DNA from: an uncultured archaeon
GTDB taxonomy: Archaea > Aenigmatarchaeota > Aenigmatarchaeia > CG10238-14
Direction of reading: 5' to 3'
Assembly: GCA_964392445.1 (NCBI GenBank)
Contig: CAYMPD010000018.1
Span: 1-23,598 of the forward strand
Length of the DNA: 23,598 nt
Shown here: positions 15,431 through 23,598 of the stretch, one piece after another
How positions within the stretch are numbered: the first letter of the stretch is position 1
Layout: each line of letters starts with the position of its first letter
Notes under the pieces: model-generated
What the model saw: only the letters and a program-made list of their open reading frames with translations
Database searches by the model: none
What the model was told of the DNA's origin: nothing
Translations under genes and position numbers: made by a program

Positions 15431-16276
15431 ATGACCCCCAACACAATAATAATCAGATACTCTGAACTCTTCCTTAAATCAGAATTCGTTAGAAATAAAC
15501 TGCAAAAAAACCTAGCGGACAATATCAGAAATGGAATGAACGTCAAAGGAATCGAAGGTAAATTAACCAGAAAAAGAGGTAGAATATTCGTAAAAACGGA
15601 AAAGATAAAAGATATGAAGGAATTGCTAACACACGTATTTGGCATAATCTCATTCTCACCCGCAGTAAAATTGGAACTTAAAGACTTGGAGAAATTCATC
15701 AGAAAGAATTCAAAAAAACTAATCAAAGGTAACTCCTTCGGTGTTAGAGTGAAGAGAAACGGTGATCATGATTTCACAAGTCGGGAGCTAGCCGCAAAAC
15801 TAGGTCAGATAGTAGTGGATGAAACAGGTAAAGAAGTTGATTTGGAAGAACCTGACACTGAATTGTTTGTTGAGGTTAGGTACAAGAACAGTTATGTGTT
15901 TACTGAGAAGATTGGTGGTCCTGGGGGAATGCCGCTTGGTTCTCAAGGTAAAGTTAATTGCTGGGTTAATTCTCGTGAGGGTTTGGTTGCCTGTTGGCTG
16001 ATGATGAAAAGAGGGTGTAATGCTAGAATTTATTACAAGAATAATAGTCCTGATGTTTTGGATAATTGGTCTTATGGAACTACTTTGAAAAAGGTTAAAA
16101 TTGCTAAGGCAGATGAAATTGAAACTGATATACCTCTAGTTTTAGGATTCAACCTAGAGAAAGATGATATAGAAAAGATAAGAAACTACGAAAAAAAAAT
16201 TAGTACGGTTTTAACCCCCGTCTCCGCGTTCACAAAAGATGAAATTGATGAATTCATGGATAAGATAAACAAATAA
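15431..16276 (+). CDS. ThiI-like THUMP-domain protein with a degenerate PP-loop and truncated catalytic domain
   Basis: IIRYSELFLKS, VFGIISFSPA, FGVRVKRNG.HDFTS.ELAAKLG, VDLEEPD...VEVR, GPGGMPLGSQGKV, WLMMKRG; SGGxDS absent. Confidence 0.85.
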   Translation: MTPNTIIIRYSELFLKSEFVRNKLQKNLADNIRNGMNVKGIEGKLTRKRGRIFVKTEKIKDMKELLTHVFGIISFSPAVKLELKDLEKFIRKNSKKLIKGNSFGVRVKRNGDHDFTSRELAAKLGQIVVDETGKEVDLEEPDTELFVEVRYKNSYVFTEKIGGPGGMPLGSQGKVNCWVNSREGLVACWLMMKRGCNARIYYKNNSPDVLDNWSYGTTLKKVKIAKADEIETDIPLVLGFNLEKDDIEKIRNYEKKISTVLTPVSAFTKDEIDEFMDKINK

Positions 16277-16289
16277 ATCTTAAACTACC

Positions 16290-16303
16290 TATAATTATTA
16301 GAT
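16290..16303 (+). repeat. 14-bp direct repeat TATAATTATTAGAT (second copy 16980-16993)
   Basis: Exact match read at both positions, flanking the orphan ORF 16404-16748. Confidence 0.6.
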
Positions 16304-16403
16304 CCCTTAATTTACGTTTAATTGTATTTTATCTATTATTTTTAAGGCGGAAGATTACTGTGTATTCGAACATAATCCTCAAGAAGTAAATCCATTTTAT
16401 GTA

Positions 16404-16748
16404 TTATTTAGATAGATATCTCACAGCGGCTTCTCCTATAAGATAAAGAGCAGCAATTACTGTACTTCCACCTACTAAAATAATCATTGCATTTGCAAAT
16501 GCGTCTGTTTCGCTTTCACCATATCCTCTCATAGGTACTTCTCTAAGATTTCCATCCCTGCCTACAACGTATTGTGCAGGTACTCCCCTTCTTATAGTTT
16601 CTGCCATGGATTCTTCCAATTTTACTTGTGGGTCATCTGGACTTCCCACTTCTATAACATCATCACCTAATCCAACATCTATTCTAGAAGGCCATGGTAT
16701 TCTGCCTCTCCTACCAGAATAAGGAACTATATCAGTTTCTTTTTCCAT
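16404..16748 (-). CDS. Orphan protein with a C-terminal transmembrane anchor
   Basis: 114 codons; hydrophobic AMIILVGGSTVIAALYLIG near the C-terminus. Confidence 0.6.
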   Translation of the reverse strand: MEKETDIVPYSGRRGRIPWPSRIDVGLGDDVIEVGSPDDPQVKLEESMAETIRRGVPAQYVVGRDGNLREVPMRGYGESETDAFANAMIILVGGSTVIAALYLIGEAAVRYLSK

Positions 16749-16997
16749 CCATACACACCATTTTACTATTCGATAGTTACACTAATTGCATCCCCAGTAT
16801 ATAAATATTATTATATTAGAAAATATATTTTAAAATATATTAATGATTCAAATAAAAACTTCTAAGATTCATTTCTTGACAAAGAATATTTACAGTTAGA
16901 TTTATTCCCTGAAATTTCAATAGATTTAATATGAGCTTAAGTTAGTTTCAGGGAATAATTGATATATAGCTATGTACGTTATAATTATTAGATAGCG

Positions 16998-17393
16998 ATG
17001 GTTCCTCATAAGATTCCTAAGGAAGATTTCGTTTATCAGATAGTACGTGACGTTGTGAGGAAAAAAGGAATAGTAGAGACACAAGGTGAACTCGGAGAAT
17101 TAGTTGAAAAAAGGCTAAAAGATTTTAACAAGGAATTTGTAATATCATCCAGCCGAGCAAAAAATATTGCACTTAAAGTCCCCAAAATAAAAATAATAAC
17201 CAAAACCAGATCGTCTTCAAAGTTGAAAAAAATCAAGAAATGTCCTGTATGTAAAACCAGGATTAAACGAGTCAGTAGCACCAATCTTATGGGTAAAAAA
17301 GTTCATATGGGTTATAAATGCAATAATTGTGGTTTCTCTGCGGATTTAGATGCTATTGTTCCTATGAAATATACTTTTGTTTGGAAAAGATAA
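16998..17393 (+). CDS. Archaeal-type hypothetical protein with a C-terminal zinc ribbon
   Basis: CPVC and YKCNNCGF pairs; helical N-terminal domain. Confidence 0.8.
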   Translation: MVPHKIPKEDFVYQIVRDVVRKKGIVETQGELGELVEKRLKDFNKEFVISSSRAKNIALKVPKIKIITKTRSSSKLKKIKKCPVCKTRIKRVSSTNLMGKKVHMGYKCNNCGFSADLDAIVPMKYTFVWKR

Positions 17394-17490
17394 TTTTTGT
17401 TTAACTATAAAGTGGTTATATACCTTAATTTTAAATACTAGTAATAATATATATAGGAATAGATACTGGTACCAATAGGAGTGGGTATGA

Positions 17491-17724
17491 TTGTTCAGAA
17501 AAAATAGAATAGAAAAAATACCTTGTTATACTTTAGATAAATTGAGAGATTTGTATGGTGAACCAGAATTCCAAGAATTAGTTAAAAGAGGTACAAGAAT
17601 ACAAGTCTCCATACCAAGAGCCAGTAGTCATGAAGGTAGGATTATTTATGATAGAGATGTCAGAGGTTATTTACTTGAAGTTAATTCCAATGTTTCTTTT
17701 GATCTCGGGATATCTGAATACTGA
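17491..17724 (+). CDS. Hypothetical protein (orphan; TTG start, or a frameshift from ATG 17487)
   Basis: 77 codons; SD AGGAG at 17477-17481; ATG 17487 gives only MIVQKK*. Confidence 0.5.
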   Translation: MFRKNRIEKIPCYTLDKLRDLYGEPEFQELVKRGTRIQVSIPRASSHEGRIIYDRDVRGYLLEVNSNVSFDLGISEY

Positions 17725-17947
17725 GTAGCATTACCAATACAAAAATTGGTGGTTTATTATGGTTGAAACTCTGAAACTTGGGTTGTGCAGACGTAATGGA
17801 AGTTCAACAATGCAGCTGATTTAGATTATATTTTAATTAGATTTCGTATGGATATTATGTAAGGACCGTAGGTAGAAACATAATAAGAATTGGTCAAGAA
17901 CCTCCCAAAATAAATCGACAATAAGGGACAAAAAATAGACCTACTTA

Positions 17948-18490
17948 TTATTTTAACTCATTATTCTTAATTAATTTCTCAATCTCCTTCAAAACTTCTC
18001 TCTGATCCATTCCACTACTATCAATAACAATATCTGCCGCTTGTTTCTGTTCACTTCTATCAAATCCGTAAATCCGTTTCCATTCGTTCTCTTCCATCTT
18101 TTCCCGTTCCTTGAGTTTCTGCTTCGCTTCTTCAAGACCAATCTTATCCCTCATCGCAGACCTTCTCACCCTTTCCTCAAAATCACAATCCAACCAGATT
18201 TTATGATCAGCTAAATCGTCCAAGGCCCAGATTGATAACTTTCCACATATGACTACATTTCCTTTTTTTGCTAAATCCCGTTGTAAATCATCCAATTTTT
18301 CGTTGAATTTTTTGTTCTTACCTTTATTTTCCCAGTGTTTGGTTGCTTTATCGGTTTGGGATTCACCCTCATACATCTCTTTCACATACTCTCCAGGAGA
18401 AAAGTAATCTATCCCTAATTTTTCCGCAAGCATTCTAGCAATCGTTGAAGTACCCGCACCCGGTTTTCCTGATATTGCAATAACAACCAT
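17948..18490 (-). CDS. cmk: Cytidylate kinase, archaeal type
   Basis: IAISGKPGAGTSTIA, NVVICGKLS, KIWLDCDFEERVRR, E..E...WKRIYG, DIVIDSS. Confidence 0.9.
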   Translation of the reverse strand: MVVIAISGKPGAGTSTIARMLAEKLGIDYFSPGEYVKEMYEGESQTDKATKHWENKGKNKKFNEKLDDLQRDLAKKGNVVICGKLSIWALDDLADHKIWLDCDFEERVRRSAMRDKIGLEEAKQKLKEREKMEENEWKRIYGFDRSEQKQAADIVIDSSGMDQREVLKEIEKLIKNNELK

Positions 18491-18531
18491 TTAATCCCTG
18501 AAAACAAATAGTATTAATAAAACAAATAATT

Positions 18532-18909
18532 GTGGTAATCATGAGGATACTTAGGTCATTGATAGGATTACTTCTGGTAACCGTGGCTTGGATTGACCCT
18601 TTTGGACTAGGAATGGAGTTTCAGGCGTTGCTGTTTATCCTAGGATTTGATTTCATGCACTTGGTATTTAAATTGGGGGTATTTGCAGCGGATTTTTTTC
18701 TTAATATCTCTGAACTGGGTTTTTATTTAGTTGTTCTTATAGGAATAGAGGCTTTGATTTACTTTCTAAAACTTAAAAAACTTGTTGGTTATATTGTTAA
18801 ACCCCTGACAGTATTTGGAATAATATATCTGGGCGGGTTTGGTTGGCAACTGGGATTGATTGTAGGGGGAATAGATTTATTGTTAAATTATTCAAAGAAA
18901 TATATCTGA
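18532..18909 (+). CDS. Hypothetical multi-pass membrane protein
   Basis: Several hydrophobic segments; an internal repeat-like pattern (WIDPFGLG / YLGGFGWQ). Confidence 0.75.
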   Translation: MVIMRILRSLIGLLLVTVAWIDPFGLGMEFQALLFILGFDFMHLVFKLGVFAADFFLNISELGFYLVVLIGIEALIYFLKLKKLVGYIVKPLTVFGIIYLGGFGWQLGLIVGGIDLLLNYSKKYI

Positions 18910-18917
18910 TTGGTTAA

Positions 18918-19001
18918 GCCGAGATCGCATAATCTGGTATTGCGCAGGTCTGGAAAACCTGTTCTCTTCGGAGTATGAGGGTTCAAATCCCTCTCTCGGC
19001 G
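18918..19001 (+). tRNA. tRNA-Ser(GGA); CCA not encoded
   Basis: Acceptor GCCGAGA/UCUCGGC, anticodon arm CAGGU-CUGGAAA-ACCUG, long variable arm CUC-UUCG-GAG, T arm GAGGG-UUCAAAU-CCCUC, discriminator G. Confidence 0.95.
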
Positions 19002-19015
19002 CTACTAAATTTGTC

Positions 19016-19594
19016 TCAATAAGGAACTCCTTTATCCCTTCCCTTTTTCAAAGCCCTAACATACCATTCAAACTCATCCAAATATCTTTTAACCCGCCTA
19101 TTGTAAGCTTTCTCGATCGCATTACCATCCTCATCAAGAGCATCCTGAACAAAGGTCACAGGAAAAAACGAAGGGATACTAACCATACCTAACTCACCCA
19201 AGACCGCTCTCAAATGAACGGCCACTCTAACCCCACCAAAAGGCCCACGAGAATAACAAAGAATCCCAGCGGGTTTGAAAAAGTACTCTCTCTGAAAATG
19301 ATCCAAAATATTCTTGAGTGCAGGTGGAGTTCCATGATTATATTCCCCAGTTACTACCACAAATCCATCAGAATCGTCCAGAATCTTAGCAATTTTTTTC
19401 ATGACTTCAGGTGCTTTACCTTTCTCGTATTCCTTATACATCTTATCAAGAAGAGGAAGTTGATATTCCAAAGGGTCTATTAATTTTACCTCATGGCCTC
19501 GGTCTTTTAGTTTCTTTACTATGAATCTTGCTGCGTTAATTCCTTGTCGGTTTGTTCTAACTGATCCATAAATGACTGCTATCTTAAAGCCCAT
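19016..19594 (-). CDS. NAD(P)H-dependent FMN reductase (flavodoxin-like family); start revised from track 19693 to ATG 19594
   Basis: IAVIYGSVRTNRQG, DGFVVVTGEYNHGTPPALKNILD, KPAGIL.YS.GPFGG. Confidence 0.9.
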   Translation of the reverse strand: MGFKIAVIYGSVRTNRQGINAARFIVKKLKDRGHEVKLIDPLEYQLPLLDKMYKEYEKGKAPEVMKKIAKILDDSDGFVVVTGEYNHGTPPALKNILDHFQREYFFKPAGILCYSRGPFGGVRVAVHLRAVLGELGMVSIPSFFPVTFVQDALDEDGNAIEKAYNRRVKRYLDEFEWYVRALKKGRDKGVPY

Positions 19595-19724
19595 GATTAG
19601 TATTTGTTTGGTAAATATAATAAAGATTGGTTTTTCAGTGGTTATTTGTTTGATTTTAACTCGAATAGAAATTAATTTCATAGAGAACATCAAAGATAAC
19701 CATAAAAATGCTTAATGTGATAAA

Positions 19725-19979
19725 ATGTTTATGTCCAAAGAGCCCATAGGTCTCCTATTGCTTCAAATGGGCACAAATAATTGTTTTGGTCGTATAGTAG
19801 CTTATGAAGATGGGGTTTATGTGGTCGAAAGTCGGGGTCCCATTAAAGTAACATATCATTTCCAAGAATCAGATAGAAACAAATTTTACTATCTGGAAGG
19901 TGAAAAACCAGAGCCTCCAGTTCCTCTTGCCCTATCAGGCAGAGGGGTTAGACATTTAAAATCAAGGGTGTATTTCTAA
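19725..19979 (+). CDS. Hypothetical protein (orphan)
   Basis: 84-codon ORF; start uncertain. Confidence 0.5.
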   Translation: MFMSKEPIGLLLLQMGTNNCFGRIVAYEDGVYVVESRGPIKVTYHFQESDRNKFYYLEGEKPEPPVPLALSGRGVRHLKSRVYF

Positions 19980-19983
19980 TAAC

Positions 19984-20202
19984 ATGATACGTGGACTTTA
20001 TGGAGAATTACTTTTAACAAGAAAGGAACTATTAGAAAGAGGTCCAAATGAAGAAGAAACATACAAAAATGATACTGAAGTAATTTTCCATCAACTTGGA
20101 GGACGTAATTACCCCGCAACTGTAGAATCGGTCCCATTAGGAGTAAATTTCTTTATCCCCGGAGATCCACAAGTATATAGTCTAATTCCTAATAATACAT
20201 AA
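19984..20202 (+). CDS. Hypothetical protein (orphan)
   Basis: 72 codons, starts 4 nt after the previous stop. Confidence 0.55.
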   Translation: MIRGLYGELLLTRKELLERGPNEEETYKNDTEVIFHQLGGRNYPATVESVPLGVNFFIPGDPQVYSLIPNNT

Positions 20203-20281
20203 AAGAATCAATTCTTTTCACTACTTATAGATTACTACACAACTCTTAAAACCCCAGATAACGAAGTTTATTTAGATAACT

Positions 20282-20896
20282 ATGGTAACAGAAATGGTTG
20301 CACTAGAAAATCTAGCGAATTCTTTCCTTGAATTATTTCCAAATATGATAGGAGCATTATTTCTCCTAGTCTTGGGATGGTTGATAGGGCGAGTAGTAGC
20401 AGAGCTTTTAAGAAGATTACTAGAGAAAGTGAAAGTTGATAAGCACTTCAAGATCAAAAAAGACCTAAAAACGTCAGAAATAACTTGTGTAGTATTAAAG
20501 TGGTTGATATATCTTGTGTTCATCTCATCAGCAATAGATGTACTAGGAGTAACAACTCTAAGCATTTATTTCCAGAGATTGGTCTCATTGATATTAGGGC
20601 TTCTTGGAGGCACAGTAGTAATACTAGTATCATATCTAATCGCAAGATATCTACAAAAACAAGTAAAATCAACAAAAAAAGATTATTCAGGAGTAGTGTC
20701 ACAGTTAATCTTCTTTTTCATTATGGTAATAGCGATTTCAATAGCATTTGATGTCGCAGAAATACCAAATGATTTAATCAACACAATAATAATAGTAATA
20801 GTGGCTTCAGTGGGTCTAGGAATTGCAATTGCGCTGGGTTTGGGATTAAAGGATACAGTCGCTAGATTAGCAAAAAAGTATGAGAAAAAACTTTAG
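20282..20896 (+). CDS. CmpX-like / MscS N-terminal TM-helix repeat membrane protein
   Basis: LPN.IGAL..LVLGWLIGRVV-like start, LKWLIYLVFI..A.DVLG, five hydrophobic segments, GLGIAIALGLG; no MscS beta domain. Confidence 0.8.
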   Translation: MVTEMVALENLANSFLELFPNMIGALFLLVLGWLIGRVVAELLRRLLEKVKVDKHFKIKKDLKTSEITCVVLKWLIYLVFISSAIDVLGVTTLSIYFQRLVSLILGLLGGTVVILVSYLIARYLQKQVKSTKKDYSGVVSQLIFFFIMVIAISIAFDVAEIPNDLINTIIIVIVASVGLGIAIALGLGLKDTVARLAKKYEKKL

Positions 20897-20899
20897 CCG

Positions 20900-20919
20900 T
20901 TTTTTATTTTTTATATTTT
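20900..20919 (+). terminator. Putative archaeal oligo-T terminator
   Basis: T-rich tract 3 nt after the stop at 20896. Confidence 0.45.
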
Positions 20920-20959
20920 CCTATTTTAGGTAGGGTTAAAAGTCTTGTGAGTTAGTGAT

Positions 20960-21142
20960 TTGATGGTAAAGAAAAAAAGTTCTGATAAAAAATTTGAGGT
21001 TGGAATAGCTCTAGGTATGGGAGTACTGGTATTCTCTACTTGCGTACTTAATTTTATTTTAGATCAAAATCTAGGAGTGAGTGTATTAATTGGCTCTATT
21101 CTAGCTATTGCCCTCGGACTGGTTTTCATAAAAGAACTGTAA
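20960..21142 (+). CDS. Small two-TM membrane protein
   Basis: Basic N-terminus plus two hydrophobic segments. Confidence 0.65.
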   Translation: MMVKKKSSDKKFEVGIALGMGVLVFSTCVLNFILDQNLGVSVLIGSILAIALGLVFIKEL

Positions 21143-21178
21143 GTATCTTTATTTTCTCTGGCTGTTAAAATTATTAGT

Positions 21179-21622
21179 ATGAAAAAGATGGTGATGAATA
21201 GGTCCAGGAAATCCTTTTTTGTTGGATATATTTTTGCGATACTATTTGCTCTGTTCGTAATTTTTGTCTATATCTTGGACGTATTTCCTCCCTTCTTTAT
21301 CTACTTATTATCTTTCCCTGCGATTTACTTGTTTTTACTCCCGGAATACAACATACTCAACAACAGATACTTAATCAAGGACGAGAATGTAGAAGAAGAA
21401 ACCGGAATCATAAGCAAGAAAAAAACCATTATCCCCTGGAATTTGGTTGGCCATGTCTCGATGAAGAAAAGTATTATGGGAATTTTTTTGGACTACGGGA
21501 ATATCATCGTCAGTAGTATAGGTGGTCATGGGGAGAAGATTGTTATGAGAGGGATAAGTGATCCTGAAAGAGTTCTTAGAAAGATTGAAGAGAAGATTGG
21601 GAAGAATAAGGTAAGTTATTGA
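21179..21622 (+). CDS. Membrane protein with a bacterial-type PH domain (bPH_2-like)
   Basis: Two TM helices then RYLIK....EETGIISKKKTIIP, SMKKSIMGIFLDYGNI.V, MRGISDPE. Confidence 0.8.
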   Translation: MKKMVMNRSRKSFFVGYIFAILFALFVIFVYILDVFPPFFIYLLSFPAIYLFLLPEYNILNNRYLIKDENVEEETGIISKKKTIIPWNLVGHVSMKKSIMGIFLDYGNIIVSSIGGHGEKIVMRGISDPERVLRKIEEKIGKNKVSY

Positions 21623-21698
21623 GATTCTTTTTTGTATAGGTGTTTTTTCTATTTTAGTAAAATGTTAAAAATAAAATGATTCAGATCCTATTTTAATT

Positions 21699-21920
21699 AT
21701 GGGACGTTATATTAATTTATTAGAATGTGATGATGATGGTAACTACTTAATTGCTATTCCAGACCCTTATGCCCAAGCAGCGGCAAGACATATCGGAGTT
21801 CCAATAGAATGGGCAGGAAATTGTGCATATCACCCTGAAACTCTTCCGAAAAAAGAAGCACGTAGACTTGCGGGTAGGATAGGAGGACCTTTAAGTGAAA
21901 TTAAATATGATCATCAGTAA
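21699..21920 (+). CDS. Hypothetical protein (orphan)
   Basis: 73-codon ORF with ATG start. Confidence 0.55.
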   Translation: MGRYINLLECDDDGNYLIAIPDPYAQAAARHIGVPIEWAGNCAYHPETLPKKEARRLAGRIGGPLSEIKYDHQ

Positions 21921-21969
21921 TTTGGACTTTATCCAACACTAATTAATCTATTTTACCCAAAAATAACTT

Positions 21970-23223
21970 ATGCGAATCTATCTAGAAACTTATGGTTGTA
22001 GCGCCAATCAGTCTGACTCAGAAATAATGATGGGTTTACTGAAAAAAGAAGGTTATCAGATAGTTAACTCTCCCAAGAAATCCGATATCAATATTCTGAA
22101 CACATGCATAGTCAAGTCACCCACAGAAAATAGAATGAAACACAGAATAAAAAAACTGAAAAAAACTAATAAACCGCTTATAGTCGTGGGATGTATGCCC
22201 AAAACCGAACAGAAAGTCGTGGAAAAACTAGCCCCTGAATCTTCTTTGATCGGACCTAATTCTATTCATGATATTTCCAAAGTAGTAGAAAAAACACTCA
22301 AAGGAAAAAGGATTGTTGAAGTAAAAGATATCAAAAAACCAAAACTATCCTTACCAAAAATCCGCATAAATCCAATCATTGATATAGTCCAAGTTTCAAC
22401 TGGTTGCTTAGGCAATTGCTATTATTGTCAGGTAAAGCTTGCCAAAGGGAAATTATTCAGCTATTCCTCAAAATTAATCCTCAAACAAATTAAAACGAGT
22501 TTAAAGCAGGGTGTCAAAGAAATATGGTTAACATCACAGGACATGGGAGCTTATGGTAAGGATAGGGGTGAAAGCCTTCCAGAATTATTAGAAAAGGTCG
22601 GAGAAATCCGAGGTAAATTCTTTGTAAGAGTAGGAATGATGAATCCGAATCAAGTCGAGCAGAATCTTGATGAGCTGATACAAGCGTATAAATCCGAGAA
22701 AATTTTCAAATTCCTGCACATACCAGTACAGTCTGGGTCAGATAGAATCCTGAAAAAAATGAACAGATATTACACCAGTCAAGATTTCAGAAAAATAGTT
22801 GCGAAATTCCGAGAAAAGTTTCCTATGATTACTTTTTCCACTGATGTTATTATTGGTTATCCAGGTGAAACTGAGAAAGACTTACAAAAGACCATTAATT
22901 TGCTGAAAAGTGTTAAGCCAGATGTCGTGAACATTTCCAAGTATTGGCCGCGCCCAGGAACAGAAGCAGTAGAAATGGATCAATTGGACAGAAAAACAAT
23001 CAACAAAAGAACAAAGAAGGTGTCAGATTTAGTAAAAGACATCAAAAAACAAAGAAACAAACGATGGTTAGGATGGCAAGGAGAAGTATTAATAGACAAA
23101 AACAAATCAGGAAGAAATTACTGCTATAAACCTATTGTTACACAAGGAGAATTAGGAATTTTTAAAAATCTTACAATAACAAGGACTTACACCAATTATC
23201 TCAAAGGAAAGCAAACTAAATGA
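21970..23223 (+). CDS. mtaB: Radical-SAM methylthiotransferase, archaeal e-MtaB (tRNA t6A37) type
   Basis: UPF0004 cysteines TYGCSAN, NTCIVK and GCMP; CLGNCYYC; EIWLTSQDMGAYG; RVGMMNP; HIPVQSGSDRIL..MNR; TDVIIGYPGET. Confidence 0.9.
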   Translation: MRIYLETYGCSANQSDSEIMMGLLKKEGYQIVNSPKKSDINILNTCIVKSPTENRMKHRIKKLKKTNKPLIVVGCMPKTEQKVVEKLAPESSLIGPNSIHDISKVVEKTLKGKRIVEVKDIKKPKLSLPKIRINPIIDIVQVSTGCLGNCYYCQVKLAKGKLFSYSSKLILKQIKTSLKQGVKEIWLTSQDMGAYGKDRGESLPELLEKVGEIRGKFFVRVGMMNPNQVEQNLDELIQAYKSEKIFKFLHIPVQSGSDRILKKMNRYYTSQDFRKIVAKFREKFPMITFSTDVIIGYPGETEKDLQKTINLLKSVKPDVVNISKYWPRPGTEAVEMDQLDRKTINKRTKKVSDLVKDIKKQRNKRWLGWQGEVLIDKNKSGRNYCYKPIVTQGELGIFKNLTITRTYTNYLKGKQTK

Positions 23224-23290
23224 ATTTAAGATAATCTTCTTCGTCCCATTCATCTTCGATTTCTTCATTTAAAGGTTGTTCTTCTTCCAT
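23216..23290 (-). CDS. Acidic micro-ORF MEEEQPLNEEIEDEWDEEDYLKFI (not in ORF track)
   Basis: ATG after a GGGGG tract; 12 of 24 residues are D/E; stop overlaps the mtaB 3' end. Confidence 0.35.
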   Translation of the reverse strand: MEEEQPLNEEIEDEWDEEDYLKFI

Positions 23291-23415
23291 TGAAACATAC
23301 CCCCAATCCAATTATTCTTGGATGGTTGATTATTTAACGTTATATATGGTGGAGACTATATTTGGACGTAAAATATTTAAAAGTTGTAGGAATAGCGTAT
23401 AAAAAGTAAATGGAA

Positions 23416-23487
23416 TTAATTCTTCTTTTTATTCTTCTTTTTCTTCTCGGTTTTCTTCTTTTTACTACCGCAACAAAAACATCCCAT
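23416..23487 (-). CDS. Cys/Lys micro-ORF MGCFCCGSKKKKTEKKKKNKKKN (not in ORF track)
   Basis: Strong SD GAGGTGA (23500-23494) 6 nt before the ATG. Confidence 0.6.
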   Translation of the reverse strand: MGCFCCGSKKKKTEKKKKNKKKN

Positions 23488-23598
23488 ATTTTTTCACCTC
23501 AATAATATTAGGATTTTAGGTATATGAAGATTTTAGTTAGAATGACTGTGGGACAAAATTCCTAAATAATCATCCCAAGAGAAATAAATTGTGCCAAA

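Noticed and set aside
11036-19001. Elements integrated at the tRNAs; shared GAGGGTTCAAATCCCTC
   Set aside because: No duplicated tRNA 3' halves are in the window; the shared 17-mer is ordinary T-arm conservation.

Overview
Archaeal genomic window, most likely a DPANN-type (Aenigmarchaeota-like) archaeon. This is inferred from archaeal-type PheS/PheT, Cmk, MinD and e-MtaB, TATA boxes, GGAGGTGA-type SD motifs and a tRNA with a bulge-helix intron. The backbone is translation/tRNA housekeeping: pheS - inositol monophosphatase - pheT, an RbgA/YlqF-like GTPase, a cold-shock protein, tRNA-Arg(TCT) with a D-arm intron, a bacterial-type LeuRS, a degenerate ThiI, cmk, tRNA-Ser(GGA) and e-MtaB. Many short orphan ORFs are interleaved. 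Main things the ORF track does not explain: (1) an exact 25-bp element placed just downstream of a TATA box, both before pheS and before a 5'-frameshifted winged-helix gene; (2) an SD-sequestering hairpin in the pheS leader and a 38-codon bridge ORF coupling IMPase to pheT; (3) two ~700-bp orphan blocks bounded by direct repeats, one repeat being a decayed copy of a GTPase 3' end; (4) a wHTH/RelE-like pair with a palindromic operator and a divergent 50-aa ORF; (5) block-wise A/C versus G/T switching of synonymous sites within single genes; (6) a Cys/Lys micro-ORF followed by an acidic micro-ORF. All product calls come from motif recognition by eye; no searches were run.
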